The position numbers and the translations under genes are program-made. The notes under the pieces are model-generated. The model was not told the origin of the DNA, made no database searches, and saw only the letters and a list, made by a program, of their open reading frames with translations. From Nitrosopumilaceae archaeon (GTDB taxonomy: Archaea; Thermoproteota; Nitrososphaeria; Nitrososphaerales; Nitrosopumilaceae): a DNA stretch of 64,000 nucleotides. Position 1 is the stretch's first letter, and each line of letters starts with the position of its first letter. Below, piece after piece: positions 42,487 to 53,123 of this stretch. Location: the NCBI GenBank assembly GCA_965214835.1, contig CBDCCK010000002.1:1984001-2048000 (forward strand), read 5' to 3'.

Positions 42487-43374
42487 TCATTCAATCTTTC
42501 CATTAAAATGGGTAAAAGACGAAACGGGCTCTTTTATTTCTCCATATTTTTCTTCCACAACGCTTAACATTTTTTCAGCATGTTGGTAGTCAATCTGCAA
42601 CACACCTTTAGCATATCTGGCATCAGGCCGTAATCCGAATAATTTGTTATGTACTGTAATGAAAGGCTCTTCATCGTTTTTTTGTATTCTTTTGTATTGA
42701 GCAATTTTAGACGAATGGCTTTTTATTTTTTTAGCATGTAAGAAAAACAACAGAATTATGTCAACTATTAATTCAGACGCACTAAATAGGTTATCAACAA
42801 ACGCAGAATAATGTTTGTTTTCTAGTGCGAATTTAGATGTCTGAATAAACTCATTAATTTTATCGTATTTTTTCTTCATTTCACCTTTCCGTAATCTAAA
42901 ATCAAATGAGATGATCCAAGATTTCTTATGTCCAAGCATGATGATATACGCGTCGTTTTCTTGTATTACTTCAGGTTTTTGGCAAATTTCTACATATTTA
43001 GATATGTCATCTTCGTATACCGGATCGTGTTTTTTCAGTCTATTTTTTCCAGTTAATTTTGCTTTTACAATAAGCTTAGTCTCTTTGTTAAACAGTACTT
43101 GGTGCTTTTCATCAGGTGGGAATCGGATCAGGATTGCGCGGGGCATTTCATATGTTGTTTTATTTTCGTCTTTTAGTCTGCGTTTAATTTCAGGCTCCAG
43201 CCACAACTGCCAAATTTGATCAAACAAATTCTGTGCGCCTTGACCATCATCTAATGAAAGACTATCACCCAACAATGATTTGTGTCGTGTTTGAATACTA
43301 AAAACTTTGTAGTAATTCAGCAGACCAGTATCCATGTGAATTCTTTTTAAGCATTTTCCTGGATTTCGTGACAT
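42487..43374 (-). CDS. HEPN-domain protein with an N-terminal extension (true start uncertain)
   Basis: NLFSASEL, KSH and LRPDARY. Confidence 0.7.
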   Translation of the reverse strand: MSRNPGKCLKRIHMDTGLLNYYKVFSIQTRHKSLLGDSLSLDDGQGAQNLFDQIWQLWLEPEIKRRLKDENKTTYEMPRAILIRFPPDEKHQVLFNKETKLIVKAKLTGKNRLKKHDPVYEDDISKYVEICQKPEVIQENDAYIIMLGHKKSWIISFDFRLRKGEMKKKYDKINEFIQTSKFALENKHYSAFVDNLFSASELIVDIILLFFLHAKKIKSHSSKIAQYKRIQKNDEEPFITVHNKLFGLRPDARYAKGVLQIDYQHAEKMLSVVEEKYGEIKEPVSSFTHFNGKIE

Positions 43375-43531
43375 GGTGCATGGCTTTCGCTAGGGTTGAT
43401 CCACTTCCAAAGGATGGGCGGACACGTATCCATTCGGGGCTTTCCCCCAGTACCATCTTCATCCATTCGTTAGGCGATCCCGCAGTTACTTCCCCGAGGC
43501 ATTATCCTCATACTGATAACGCGGTAAATTC

Positions 43532-43686
43532 CTAACCATGATCCATTTGAAACGTTTCATGCCGTCGGGTGCAAGCATATCCTATAAGATCATTGGGTGG
43601 GTGGGTGGGGGCTAGGGGGCGGACACCCATGCCATGACCGCACCATGCAGGGTCATCCCACCATCCCCGCAGTGCAGTACATACGG
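43532..43686 (-). ncRNA. Candidate IS1111-type seek/bridge RNA non-coding region
   Basis: Long non-coding end downstream of the IS110 transposase, containing CTTATAGGATA. Short subterminal IR TAACCAT/ATGGTTA (44794). Confidence 0.45.
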
Positions 43687-44680
43687 TCACAGCCATTCTA
43701 CGAACTTCCTGTTCTCCTTTAGCATCCAGTAGATGACCCGCAGCAGCTTGGCGGCGGTTGCCACGGTGGCCTTGGAGGTTCCCCTGCTCTTGGCAAGCCG
43801 CTTGTAGAATCTCGTAATGCTGCTGTTGGGCGCACACCTTACATGCGTGTGCACTACCTCGACGAGCGCCCACCGCAGCATGTTGCTTCCCCGCTTGGTT
43901 ATGCGCCCGTGGTATACCTTGTCTGCAGAGTTGCGCACCGACGGGACGATCCCCGCATTCGCGCACAGTTTGTGGGAGTCCGGAAACCTTTCAATGTCGC
44001 CTATCTCAGCTATTGCAACCAGTGCAGTGTACTGCCCCATCCCGGGGATCGACGTGAGAAGCTGCGCACCGGGGCTCTCATCGACTGCCTTGCGTATCAT
44101 CATGTCGGCCTTTGCAACCTCCACGTTCTGCATGTCTATCTCCCTCAGGTAGGAGTCTATCCTATAGTCATGCATGTCCTTGAGCTCTGCCACGTGTGCG
44201 GGCGAGAACGGATACGGCGCCTTGCTCTTGAATCCGGCCTGCAGTGTTATGCCGTGGATCAGGTTCTTCATCCTGGTCCTGACCCTCACTATCTTGTTCC
44301 GGTGTCTGGTCAGCTGCCTGTGGTGTACGATCCTCTCATCGGGGACATAGCATTTGGCTATGTATCCGCCCCGCAGCAGCTCGGCAAGCTTGTGCGCGTC
44401 TATCCTGTCCGTCTTCTTCAGGGATGCCGCTATCATCTTGGTGGCGTACGGGTTTGACAGAACCACGTCCAGCTTGAGGATATCAGTCATGTACCGGTAC
44501 AGCCCGTACCACACAGAGGAGGACTCTGACGTACTTTGCCTTCTTTGGGATCTTCGAGACGGCCTCTGATACTGATTCAAAGTCGCTTGAGATCTTCTTG
44601 TTGGACAGGAGCTTTCCGTCCCCGTCAATCGTTGCCATCTGGACGGATTCCTTGTGAACGTCCAGTCCCACGTATATCAT
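43687..44680 (-). pseudogene. IS110/IS1111-family DEDD recombinase with a frameshift at about 44530
   Basis: IYVGLDVHK, ESS, KTDRIDA, SIPGMG and SVRNSA...GRITKRG. Confidence 0.9.
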
Positions 44681-44809
44681 GCCCTTACTACGTCGATGGG
44701 TAATGAGTTTGTTTGCCTTCCCTGATGCCTTCCTGGGCTTTGGCGTATCAGTGGAGGTACCACCTGATCGCCGCACTTTCGATGTCTTCACATATGGTTA
44801 CTTCCTAGG

Positions 44810-44939
44810 GGAGTTGTCGCCTAATTCGCCAGAATTCCTGAAAACCGTTGAGATACCACGTGGATCAGGCGTGCAAAAGGGCGGAAATTCAGAAAAGCGT
44901 GCAGGTTGAGTCAAACAAGTGGAATTAGGCGACAACCCC
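44810..44939. mobile_element. MITE family A inserted in an ISH3 end remnant
   Basis: TIRs as at 15574. Perfect 9-bp TSD CTTCCTAGG. Confidence 0.85.
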
Positions 44940-44959
44940 CTTCCTAGGTGTACTTTTAC

Positions 44960-45201
44960 AGACGACGACGCGCAAGAAAGGAAGAATAGCCCATATGCCA
45001 GATACAGGCTGTCAATGTACGGCATACTGTACTGCGTTGACGTGTTGGAACCTACCAGAAAGGAGACGGACAGCATGGTCAAGCAGTACGCGTTCCTACT
45101 GCCACGAGCAGTTGCACAAGTGGTACGAGGATTTTTTCAGGCAGGCCAAGAACTACTATGCCGAGCGGGTGCGGGCAATGAGGGGATCTGGGATTTTTTG
45201 A
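44960..45201 (+). pseudogene. Remnant of the wHTH regulator family seen at 48181
   Basis: YRLSMYGILYCVD matches YRLSLHGILYCLD. Confidence 0.7.
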
Positions 45202-45222
45202 AGGATGTCTTAGTTAGCCCAT

Positions 45223-45337
45223 TAGACTTTATGCGTAATCGACCAATCTGATCTAAAAATTCAACACAACAGATCATGATTTGCATACGTACAACCTAAA
45301 GATCAGTAATGGTTCTTTGACGGTATGGGTTCAGATG
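45223..45337 (+). mobile_element. IS5 left-end remnant
   Basis: Reverse-complement match to 339-453. Confidence 0.8.
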
Positions 45338-45573
45338 CCAAAATGCGCCCATGGCTTTCTTTCGGGATGGAGATAGCACTGGAGGCGCTCGCTCCATTCC
45401 AGCGTAGACAGATCAATGCCCCCGAAGGTCACCGCATCAGACGGCCATATGCACGGACCTCCAAGATGCCCGTATACCAAAAAGGCAAGCATCATCCTGC
45501 CGTATGTCAGCCCCATGAAAAAACCCAGCATGGTTCCTAAAATTAAAAAAAGATAAGGCCTAGTAGTACTCAT
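45331..45573 (-). CDS. Small membrane protein coupled to the secreted gene (immunity-like), 3' end clipped by the IS
   Basis: MSTTRPYLFLILGTMLGFFMG... Its ATG overlaps the upstream stop. Confidence 0.55.
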   Translation of the reverse strand: MSTTRPYLFLILGTMLGFFMGLTYGRMMLAFLVYGHLGGPCIWPSDAVTFGGIDLSTLEWSERLQCYLHPERKPWAHFGI

Positions 45574-46423
45574 GCCACCACGGAACATACAATCCCCAAT
45601 AAGGAGATGGCCATACATATGACAGTAATTCTGGATTCGGTTCTTCATCTTGGACGGTGTATGAAAAATCGCCGTTAATTCCGGCATGATCGCGAAACGC
45701 GCCCGTATCACAAAGTCCGCCATAATTGCTGCTTGCTACAACCTTGGTGAATTCATACGGTTGTGATGCCGCACCATTCCAAGCTGCATATTCGGGCACC
45801 ATGTGAAACCCCCGATCCTCCAGGATTTGCTGCGTGCTACTTAGAGAATCTCCACCGTAGTGAGTGGACGGATTCGGATCCGATAGGTGTGGATCCAGAA
45901 AGTTGCCTCCACACCAAGTAGGCCATGCACCATGATGCACTGGCACTATTTTGTCACTCAATATGCTGGGCGTTGCGCTCAGGGTAGTGCCGACAGAACC
46001 GTCATTGTCGTCATCAAACAGTTTTCTGAACTCACCTGATCGAAAATCTGATATGATATCGCCAATTCTTTGATCGGTGCCGGTTTGTGATTCATTTACC
46101 TGCCCTACAGGTCCCACCACATCCATAACCCTGTCATTATACGATGCATATCTTTGTGCTATCTGGATGTCTAACTCGCTAACATAGGGATCGTTTTGAG
46201 AGGATGTTATGTCAATGTCAAAATGATAATCCGAATCTATCAAGATGTGTCTTTCCATGACATTAAACATCTGAAGAATGTCAGATTTTTCATATGCCGT
46301 AGTTTTTTGCGTGTCGTCTTCAATGCCTCCCGGAGCTTCTTGTGCCACTGCATTTGTCACTCCTACAGGAGCCAGTAGTGCTAGTACCAAGAGAGGCATT
46401 ATGGATGTTGTTTTGCTGTTCAT
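45560..46423 (-). CDS. Secreted protein (cassette C)
   Basis: Signal peptide ending AVA, acidic pro-region and an aromatic/Cys C-terminal domain. Confidence 0.8.
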   Translation of the reverse strand: MNSKTTSIMPLLVLALLAPVGVTNAVAQEAPGGIEDDTQKTTAYEKSDILQMFNVMERHILIDSDYHFDIDITSSQNDPYVSELDIQIAQRYASYNDRVMDVVGPVGQVNESQTGTDQRIGDIISDFRSGEFRKLFDDDNDGSVGTTLSATPSILSDKIVPVHHGAWPTWCGGNFLDPHLSDPNPSTHYGGDSLSSTQQILEDRGFHMVPEYAAWNGAASQPYEFTKVVASSNYGGLCDTGAFRDHAGINGDFSYTVQDEEPNPELLSYVWPSPYWGLYVPWWHEYY

Positions 46424-46530
46424 GTTCTCACCAGTCACTACGCACCTTCGTTATATAACAATTGATATCGGTTTGCGGCATGCTTCTTTTTTCGGGGCCG
46501 GGACGCCCAAAGCGCCGAAAACCGGCAAGA
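46424..46530 (-). promoter_or_regulatory. Shared cassette promoter, copy C
   Basis: GAAGCATGCCGCAAACCGATATCAATTGTTATATAAC on the minus strand. Confidence 0.8.
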
Positions 46531-46560
46531 ATTTTTACCATCCCGGATACACATACCTTG

Positions 46561-47808
46561 ATGAAGGCGGTCCACAAGGTGACGGTACTGGTAGCGCTGC
46601 AGGTGGCCATGATACTTGCGAGCTTTCTGATAATCATACACCTCGAGTCCCAGACGGCGCTCACCGGCAACATCGTAAACGTTGCCGGAAAGAACAGGGT
46701 CCTTGCCAGCGCGGTCCTGGTGGAGCTGAACCACGTGCTGTTTCACAACCAGACGCAGGACGCGGTGTCAGGATCGCTGGATGCCCTGCATGAGAACATC
46801 CGGTTTCTAAAGTCTGGGGGAACGTCATCGCAGCTGGAGATAGCCCCGCTCTCGCCACGGTTTGCAGGGGACTGGGACCGCATACGGGAAAAGGCGTCCC
46901 AGTACGGATCCCAGGTTCGCGCGCTGATGGGGCAGGATGCGGTGCGTTACCGGGACATCGAGGGGATAGAACAGACGGCCAGGGAGCTTACCGAGATCTC
47001 AGACGCCCTCACAGAGAGGCTGGGCCGCGACGTCGATGCGCTGTCATCCCAGCTTGTGGCACTGCAGGCGGTGCTTGGTGTCATCAACGCGGCCTCGCAC
47101 TTGCTGGTGATCTGGGTGGTGTGGAGGATTCTTGACAGGCATGCACAGCAGATGGCCGTGGCCGAGAGGATGGCCGTCCTAGGCGAGTTTACAGCAGTCA
47201 TGGCGCACAACCTGAAAAACCCGCTGGCTGCCATAATGAACGCCTCCAACAGGATCCGGACACACGGCGGCGGCCACGCAATCATAGGCGGCGAGGCAGA
47301 CAGGATAGACAGGTGTGCTGCCCGCATGTCGCAGCAGATCGACGGTGTGATGAGCTATGTGCGGACCAGGCCGCCGTCCATGGAGGAGTGCTCCGTGCTG
47401 GAGATGCTGGGGCAGGCAGCGGACATGGTGCAGATTCCGGGCAACGTGGATCTGATGGCACCCGAAGGCGACGTGACGGTACGGTGCGACCGAGAGGGAA
47501 TGCAGACGGTCTTTGCCAACCTGATACAAAACGCGGTGCAGGCCATCGGCGCCTCTGCCGGACACGTCACGGTCAGGTGCGAGGAAGGCGGCGGCCACAT
47601 CACCATAACGTTTGAGAACTCGGGGCCGCCCATACCCAAAGGCGACCTGGACAGGATATTCGAGCCGCTGTACACCACGAAGATCCGGGGGACCGGACTG
47701 GGCCTTGCCGGCTGCAGGAACATACTGGAGGCCCACGGCGCGACGATTGCAGCATGCAACGATCCGGTAACATTTACAATACGCCTTGAAAAACATCATG
47801 ACACATGA
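46561..47808 (+). CDS. Sensor histidine kinase with a NarX/PilJ-like extracellular domain
   Basis: Two TM segments, P-box-like VNVAGKNR, H-box AHNLKNPL, NLIQNA, FEPLYTTK and GTGLGL. Confidence 0.9.
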   Translation: MKAVHKVTVLVALQVAMILASFLIIIHLESQTALTGNIVNVAGKNRVLASAVLVELNHVLFHNQTQDAVSGSLDALHENIRFLKSGGTSSQLEIAPLSPRFAGDWDRIREKASQYGSQVRALMGQDAVRYRDIEGIEQTARELTEISDALTERLGRDVDALSSQLVALQAVLGVINAASHLLVIWVVWRILDRHAQQMAVAERMAVLGEFTAVMAHNLKNPLAAIMNASNRIRTHGGGHAIIGGEADRIDRCAARMSQQIDGVMSYVRTRPPSMEECSVLEMLGQAADMVQIPGNVDLMAPEGDVTVRCDREGMQTVFANLIQNAVQAIGASAGHVTVRCEEGGGHITITFENSGPPIPKGDLDRIFEPLYTTKIRGTGLGLAGCRNILEAHGATIAACNDPVTFTIRLEKHHDT

Positions 47809-48173
47809 CGGGGACCAAGAAGATCCTGGTGGTGGACGACGATTACGATGTGCTCGAGTCGTGCCTGCTCATGCTTGCCGACGAGGGGCACCACGTCATC
47901 GGCGCCTCAAACGGCTCGGAGGCCGTAGAAAAATACTTTGAGTTCGAGCCGGACATCGTGTTCATGGACATACGCATGCCTGGCATGGACGGATACGAGG
48001 CGTTCCTCAGGATCCACAGGCGCGACGGCGATGCGCGCGTCGTCTTCACGTCAAGCTACGCGCTGGACGAGCAGAGGCACGAGCACGTGCGGGGCATCGC
48101 ATCGGTGGGGATGATCGACAAGCCCGTGGCATGGCGCGACCTCAAGCGGATGATGGGAAGGCATTCCAGGTGA
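47805..48173 (+). CDS. Single-domain response regulator
   Basis: VVDDD, MDIRMPGMDG and KP. Confidence 0.93.
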   Translation: MTGTKKILVVDDDYDVLESCLLMLADEGHHVIGASNGSEAVEKYFEFEPDIVFMDIRMPGMDGYEAFLRIHRRDGDARVVFTSSYALDEQRHEHVRGIASVGMIDKPVAWRDLKRMMGRHSR

Positions 48174-48180
48174 CGCTGTC

Positions 48181-48993
48181 TCACGGAGGGGTGCCAGAGT
48201 TCATGGCTGCGAGTCTTTTTTTGCAGTGATCCCTTGCCTCGTCAAAAAATCCCCTGTACCACGCGCGCATCTCCGGGTTCCTCTCAAACACCCTCCTGGT
48301 CCGCCCCGCGGCGTTCCTCCTTGCCTGCACGGATCTGGACGGGTGCGTATGGTACAGGAGGTAGGTGTAAAACCAGTACGATATCTGCTCTGCCAGATCG
48401 GACTCGGATATGACCTCAAAGTTCCTCCTGTACTTTGTGTGCACGAACGACATCAGCTCGTGTACCGGGCCGTCGGCGCGTCCTGCCGCGGGCGTGTCCA
48501 GAAACAGGGCCTGGGAGAGCACCCGCAGGCAGTACACGTTGTCCCCCAGCGCGGACTTTAACTCGTTCCACATTCCAAATATCCTAGGAAGCGTGCCCGC
48601 ATACGCCGATGCCATCCTGTCCATGCCGTTCCCGTCAAGGTTCATCGCGTCAAGGCAGTACAGGATGCCGTGCAGCGAAAGCCTGTACGCCCAAGAATTC
48701 TTCCTGCCTATCGTCTTTTTCTCCCTTACGGCCAGCCCCGTGTCCAGGATGCCGCCGGTGTACCGGCCCCTGTCGCGCCGCCCCACAAAGAACCGCCGGT
48801 ACTCCCTCTCCTTCTTCCGGACGTCGTTTATGTTGCGGAGCTCCAGCCTTGCCATGTCCCACGTGGTGCACGCGCCATGGGCCGCCAGCAGTCCCAGCAT
48901 GTGCTGCACGCTGCTCTGGTACTCTGTCCTCGTCTTTGCAAAATGGCCGCATCGCGAACGCGCCATGGGCCTTGTATAGATCTTGTACGACAT
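48181..48993 (-). CDS. Winged-helix transcriptional regulator (thaumarchaeal family)
   Basis: G-x-CTTWDMA, YRR, YRLSLHGILYCLD and QISYWFY. Divergent from cassette promoter B. Confidence 0.7.
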   Translation of the reverse strand: MSYKIYTRPMARSRCGHFAKTRTEYQSSVQHMLGLLAAHGACTTWDMARLELRNINDVRKKEREYRRFFVGRRDRGRYTGGILDTGLAVREKKTIGRKNSWAYRLSLHGILYCLDAMNLDGNGMDRMASAYAGTLPRIFGMWNELKSALGDNVYCLRVLSQALFLDTPAAGRADGPVHELMSFVHTKYRRNFEVISESDLAEQISYWFYTYLLYHTHPSRSVQARRNAAGRTRRVFERNPEMRAWYRGFFDEARDHCKKRLAAMNSGTPP

Positions 48994-49112
48994 GAGGTTG
49001 CCGTAGCCGTGCCAGTCCTCCATCAAGGGGGGCATGGCATGTCCCGTATTTTTTCCTATGTGTCCGCGCATGATGCAAGGATATTCCCCGCCGGATCACC
49101 TTTGCCCTGCCG

Positions 49113-49254
49113 GTCACGGACTTACAGCACATGCCCGATCTGCCGGTCAGGCGGCTTTTGGCGCCCCGGCGCCCCCGGCCTAGAAAAAAAAGAAGCATGC
49201 CACAAACCGATATCAATTGCTATATAACGAAGGCGCGTAGTGACTGGTGAGAAC
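49113..49254 (+). promoter_or_regulatory. Shared cassette promoter, copy B
   Basis: About 120 bp nearly identical to 52084-52205, with TATA CTATATAA. Confidence 0.85.
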
Positions 49255-49473
49255 ATGAACAAAAAAATAAGAAATGCAATACCGTTTCTTGTGCTGGTGC
49301 TTCTGATTCCAATCGGGCTAGCTAATGCACAAGAAATACCAGGACAAAACGATCCAGCCCAAGAGCCAAGCCAAACAGAATCCATCTATGATCCAGTCAT
49401 GGTTCAATACATGAAGGAGTTAACCGCTGATCCGGGAAAAACGGTAACCGAACGGCTTATTGCAAACCAAACA

Positions 49474-51229
49474 GTAATAGGTTAGCCCCTGCCTAGAGTT
49501 AAAGTCACACCCACCGTCTTTTCAGGCATGAAAATCACAACTGCAGGCAGATTAGTGCAGGATTGCTAGGGGCAGACGACCACGTACCCGGGGTTTCTGA
49601 CCAGCGCGTCCCTGATCATGTCCGTAACGTTACACCCCCGGAGGCGCCATGTCTCGATGCACGTCAACATGTTACCGAACATCTTCTGTCCGTCTTTTGT
49701 CCGCAGTCCGAACCGTATCTTGCGCGCGATCACGCCGGGCCTCAGCGTGCGCTCTGCCAGGTTGTTGGTGGGATCCATCCCAGGACGCGTCGTAAACGTG
49801 TAGAGAAACTCCGAGGCGTTGTCAATCTTTGTGGCACAACTGTCACATCCTTCCTTCCTGTATATGGCGGCAATCTCGCGTGTTTCTGCCACCCGACTGT
49901 CGTGCTGCCTGGCAGCCTCCTCCGGCGGCCCCGGCCCCTTGGCGCAATGCATCTGCCACTTGAGGCGCTCGCCTGCGGCGCGAACCTCCGGGGAGTCCGT
50001 TTTCTCGCTTTGGGCATCTGCCTCCCGGATTATGTGGGCCCAGCACCGCTGCCTGTTCCTGCCAAAGAACTTGTCGTATCCGGGGTATCCGTCAGTCACC
50101 CCGACTCTGGGCACGTATGAAAAGTGCTCATCCAGTACGGATGCCCTCCTGCTGTCAGTTGCCACCATGTGCGCGCCGACGGCATTGCCGTCCTTGACGC
50201 CCACTGCCACCCACATGTAGCCGCTCTTGCCGTCGTATGGCATCCCCGTCTCGTCCATGTGGACGTGGTCGCATCCTGCAATGTCTTTTTTGATGTCCTC
50301 CACGCACGGATCAAGCTTCTTTGCAACGGCCTTGAGGCAGTTCTGTATCATCGCCTTGCTTACATCAATTTCAAAGATCTCCTTTACGATGCGCCTGATC
50401 GAGCCGACGGATGCCGGCATGGTGTACAGGGTGCCGATATAGGAGGCAATGTTGGGTCCAAACTCGGTGCCCGGAACGACCAGCCCGCCCCCGTTTGTCG
50501 TGGTGATGGCGCCGCACTTGCGGCACTTGCGGCGGGTAAAGTAGTGCTGTGTCGTGACCGGCTCTGGGATCTCTGGAATGTCAGTAGCCATCCTGGTTCC
50601 GGCGGGAACCGGATCTGTCAGGTCGCGCCCGTTGCACGCGCCGCACATGTCAGGCACGTGGTTCATTTCCCGGGTCGGTGTTCTCCTGTGTGATATGCCC
50701 TCGTGTCCGGGCCTGCGGCCCGGCCTTGTAGGTGCCCTTCCAGATGCCCCTGCCGCGGCTGCTGCCTTTTTCTGCCTGGTCGGAATCGAGTTCTGCGAGG
50801 AGGGGCTGTGCGGGTTCTCATAATATGTGATGCGTTGTTTGAACTGCTTGATTTGTGCTGTCTGCGTCGCGATTTGCGCGGCAGAGACGGCATTGTCAGA
50901 TTTGCGTCCCGCCTTCTCAGCGGCAAGCTCCTCCCGTGTCCTCTGATGTTCCTTCTGCTCCTTCTGAAGCTTGCCTTGCGTCCTCTGATGTTCCTTCTGC
51001 TCCTTCTGAAGCTTGCCTTGCGTCCTCTGATGTTCCTTCTGCTCCTTCTGAAGCTTGCCTTGCGTCCTCTGATGTTCCTTCTGCTCCTTCTGAAGTTCCG
51101 CTTTTTCGCGGGCAAGCTCATTGCATAGTTCCTTGAATTCCGAGGCTGTAGGCATGTATTTCCCGGGTAATGATAGTTTATAGATCAGGTGGTCAGAAAA
51201 AATCAACTAGGCAGGGGCTAACCTATTAC
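49474..51229 (-). mobile_element. Complete IS66-family element
   Basis: 23-bp perfect TIR GTAATAGGTTAGCCCCTGCCTAG and an 8-bp TSD ACCAAACA. Confidence 0.95.
49566..51155 (-). CDS. IS66 transposase with a 14-aa tandem coiled-coil repeat
   Basis: MDETG, TDGY, QRCWAH and PTNNLAER. QKEQKEHQRTQGKL repeated about 3.7 times (42-bp unit). Confidence 0.92.
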   Translation of the reverse strand: MPTASEFKELCNELAREKAELQKEQKEHQRTQGKLQKEQKEHQRTQGKLQKEQKEHQRTQGKLQKEQKEHQRTREELAAEKAGRKSDNAVSAAQIATQTAQIKQFKQRITYYENPHSPSSQNSIPTRQKKAAAAAGASGRAPTRPGRRPGHEGISHRRTPTREMNHVPDMCGACNGRDLTDPVPAGTRMATDIPEIPEPVTTQHYFTRRKCRKCGAITTTNGGGLVVPGTEFGPNIASYIGTLYTMPASVGSIRRIVKEIFEIDVSKAMIQNCLKAVAKKLDPCVEDIKKDIAGCDHVHMDETGMPYDGKSGYMWVAVGVKDGNAVGAHMVATDSRRASVLDEHFSYVPRVGVTDGYPGYDKFFGRNRQRCWAHIIREADAQSEKTDSPEVRAAGERLKWQMHCAKGPGPPEEAARQHDSRVAETREIAAIYRKEGCDSCATKIDNASEFLYTFTTRPGMDPTNNLAERTLRPGVIARKIRFGLRTKDGQKMFGNMLTCIETWRLRGCNVTDMIRDALVRNPGYVVVCP

Positions 51230-51792
51230 ACCAAACATACTCTGTCACAACAATAGTGCGTGAAATTACCGATGATAAATATGCAGTAAAGTCCGTAACC
51301 AGGATTGACGGCGAAAAAATTTCCTCTGAAAAATTCAGGATGACGGCAATTGACAACTCAACCTACAAACTGGTAAACAACGGTCTGGGCATACGCCAGG
51401 TTTTCACCGACATTCCCAGTGAAGTGGCAGGTGCAGGTTCGGGATCCTCGACGCCCAACAACGCAAGAATTGATCTGTATGATGGAGAGCATGGCACGCC
51501 GCACACATTGACACTGCATGACAACTATTCCGGATGTGCGACGCTTAACCAGGCTGTATTTCAGGCACCTGTAAGGCCAGACACCGTTGATGTGACATGG
51601 GAGGCAAGCCCGTTTTACATGCACTGGTGCTTTATCCCCCACGAGTTCCAACAGGGTGAGGTTAGACACGGAACCGAAACCGTGTTTTTGAACGGCCATG
51701 GCGATCGAAGAGGCAGCCATGCGTTTGACAATCCTCATGTGGGCACAACTTGGTATAGTGTAGAGGCGGATTTCGAATACGGTGTGTGGTAA

Positions 51793-52023
51793 CACATACT
51801 GACGCATTCTTTTTTTTATCCTAGGCTGATACTTGGCTTTTGCGGGCTGGTGCTGGCTGGAGTGGGCTCGCTGTCTCTGGCGCATCAAATCCGTCTAGAT
51901 TCTATGTCCTTTGGCCCGTCATATCTGTTACAAGATCTACCCGCACTAGCTCTGCTTGTAGTTAGTGTGGCATTACTGACAGTTTTGATTTACAAGATCC
52001 GCTCCAAAAGGCTGTTTCTTTAA
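51793..52023 (+). other. Hydrophobic 2-TM reading frame after cassette B (start unclear)
   Basis: YPRLILGFCGLVLAGVGSL...ALLVVSVALLTVLIYKIRSKR. The GTG at 51786 is out of frame by 1 nt across a T8 run. Confidence 0.4.
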
Positions 52024-52083
52024 CCACTGCAAGCGATACAAGGCCCGCTCCACGCCAGATCATCGCTGATTGGTGCGTTGTCA

Positions 52084-52225
52084 GTCACGGATTTACAGCG
52101 CATGCCAGATCTGCCGGTCAGGCGGCTTTTGGCGCCCCGGCGCCCCCGGCCTAGAAAAAAAAGAAGCATGCCACAAACCGATATCAATTGCTATATAACA
52201 AAGGCGCATAACGACCTGTAACAAC
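52084..52225 (+). promoter_or_regulatory. Shared cassette promoter, copy A
   Basis: See 49113. Confidence 0.85.
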
Positions 52226-53104
52226 ATGAACAACAAAGCAAAAAAAACCGTACTGATCCTGTTCGGTTCGCTGATCGCCGCGGCGGTTCTGCCGCTCGGC
52301 GTGGCCGGGATGGCAGATGCTGCCGCAGACAGGGAGCAGACCAAGGAAGGCTTCAAAAGCGACGTAAAGCAGTGGCTGCAGAGCCTTGATGCAGACAAGC
52401 AGTCAAGGGCCGAAAAGGCCGAGGAGCTAAAGCGGGACTATAACGAGTTCCTGCTGGACACGATAGAGCACGTACGCGTCCTGACCGGCACCGTCGATCT
52501 AACGCTTGAGGAGAAAAAGGCCGCAATGCAGTACATCGTGGATGAGACGATAAAAGACGAGCGGTTCAAGCTTGCAACGGACGGCGACAGCGGCGGCGAC
52601 AGGCTCGACTCGGAGTTTCTGGACCTGCTCGGGATACAGACGGCCCAGGCCACGTGTCCGGCCACCACCAATCCGACGTACCGGCAGCTGGCAATCGACA
52701 TCGACGGCGGCACGTATGGGGGACACGCGTTTAACGGGGACAACGGCCTGTACCTTGTCCTGTACGAGGACGATCCTGGCAGCTGCGAGAGGACGTTTAC
52801 GCTCTCGTTCTACGACGAGGATCACCCAACACTTGACGCACTTTATGACGGCCTGAGATTCTTCCTGTACAACAGGGTGTTTGACATCGAATCATTCGTT
52901 ATCCGGAACAACAGCCAGATAATATTCGACAATTCCTGGAGCTCCGGCAATCAATATGCCTGTCTAGACGGGGCTGAGGGATGCCACGACAGCGGTACGC
53001 TGAGCTACACCCCTGGCCAGATGGTCTACGTAAGCAACACCTGGAACCACATGATGAGTACGTCTGATACAAACCCGTCCCTGACAAAGGTCTCTGTACC
53101 TTGA
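52226..53104 (+). CDS. Secreted protein (cassette A)
   Basis: Signal peptide, helical pro-region, internal TAQA|TC site and a 4-Cys C-terminal domain ending in NTWNHMM. Confidence 0.85.
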   Translation: MNNKAKKTVLILFGSLIAAAVLPLGVAGMADAAADREQTKEGFKSDVKQWLQSLDADKQSRAEKAEELKRDYNEFLLDTIEHVRVLTGTVDLTLEEKKAAMQYIVDETIKDERFKLATDGDSGGDRLDSEFLDLLGIQTAQATCPATTNPTYRQLAIDIDGGTYGGHAFNGDNGLYLVLYEDDPGSCERTFTLSFYDEDHPTLDALYDGLRFFLYNRVFDIESFVIRNNSQIIFDNSWSSGNQYACLDGAEGCHDSGTLSYTPGQMVYVSNTWNHMMSTSDTNPSLTKVSVP

Positions 53105-53123
53105 CCCCCTTTTTATTTTAGAA

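Larger units (their letters stand above)
49255..51792 (+). pseudogene. Secreted protein (cassette B) interrupted by IS66
   Basis: Removing the IS and one TSD rejoins ...LIANQT|YSVTTIVREIT... in frame. Confidence 0.85.
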
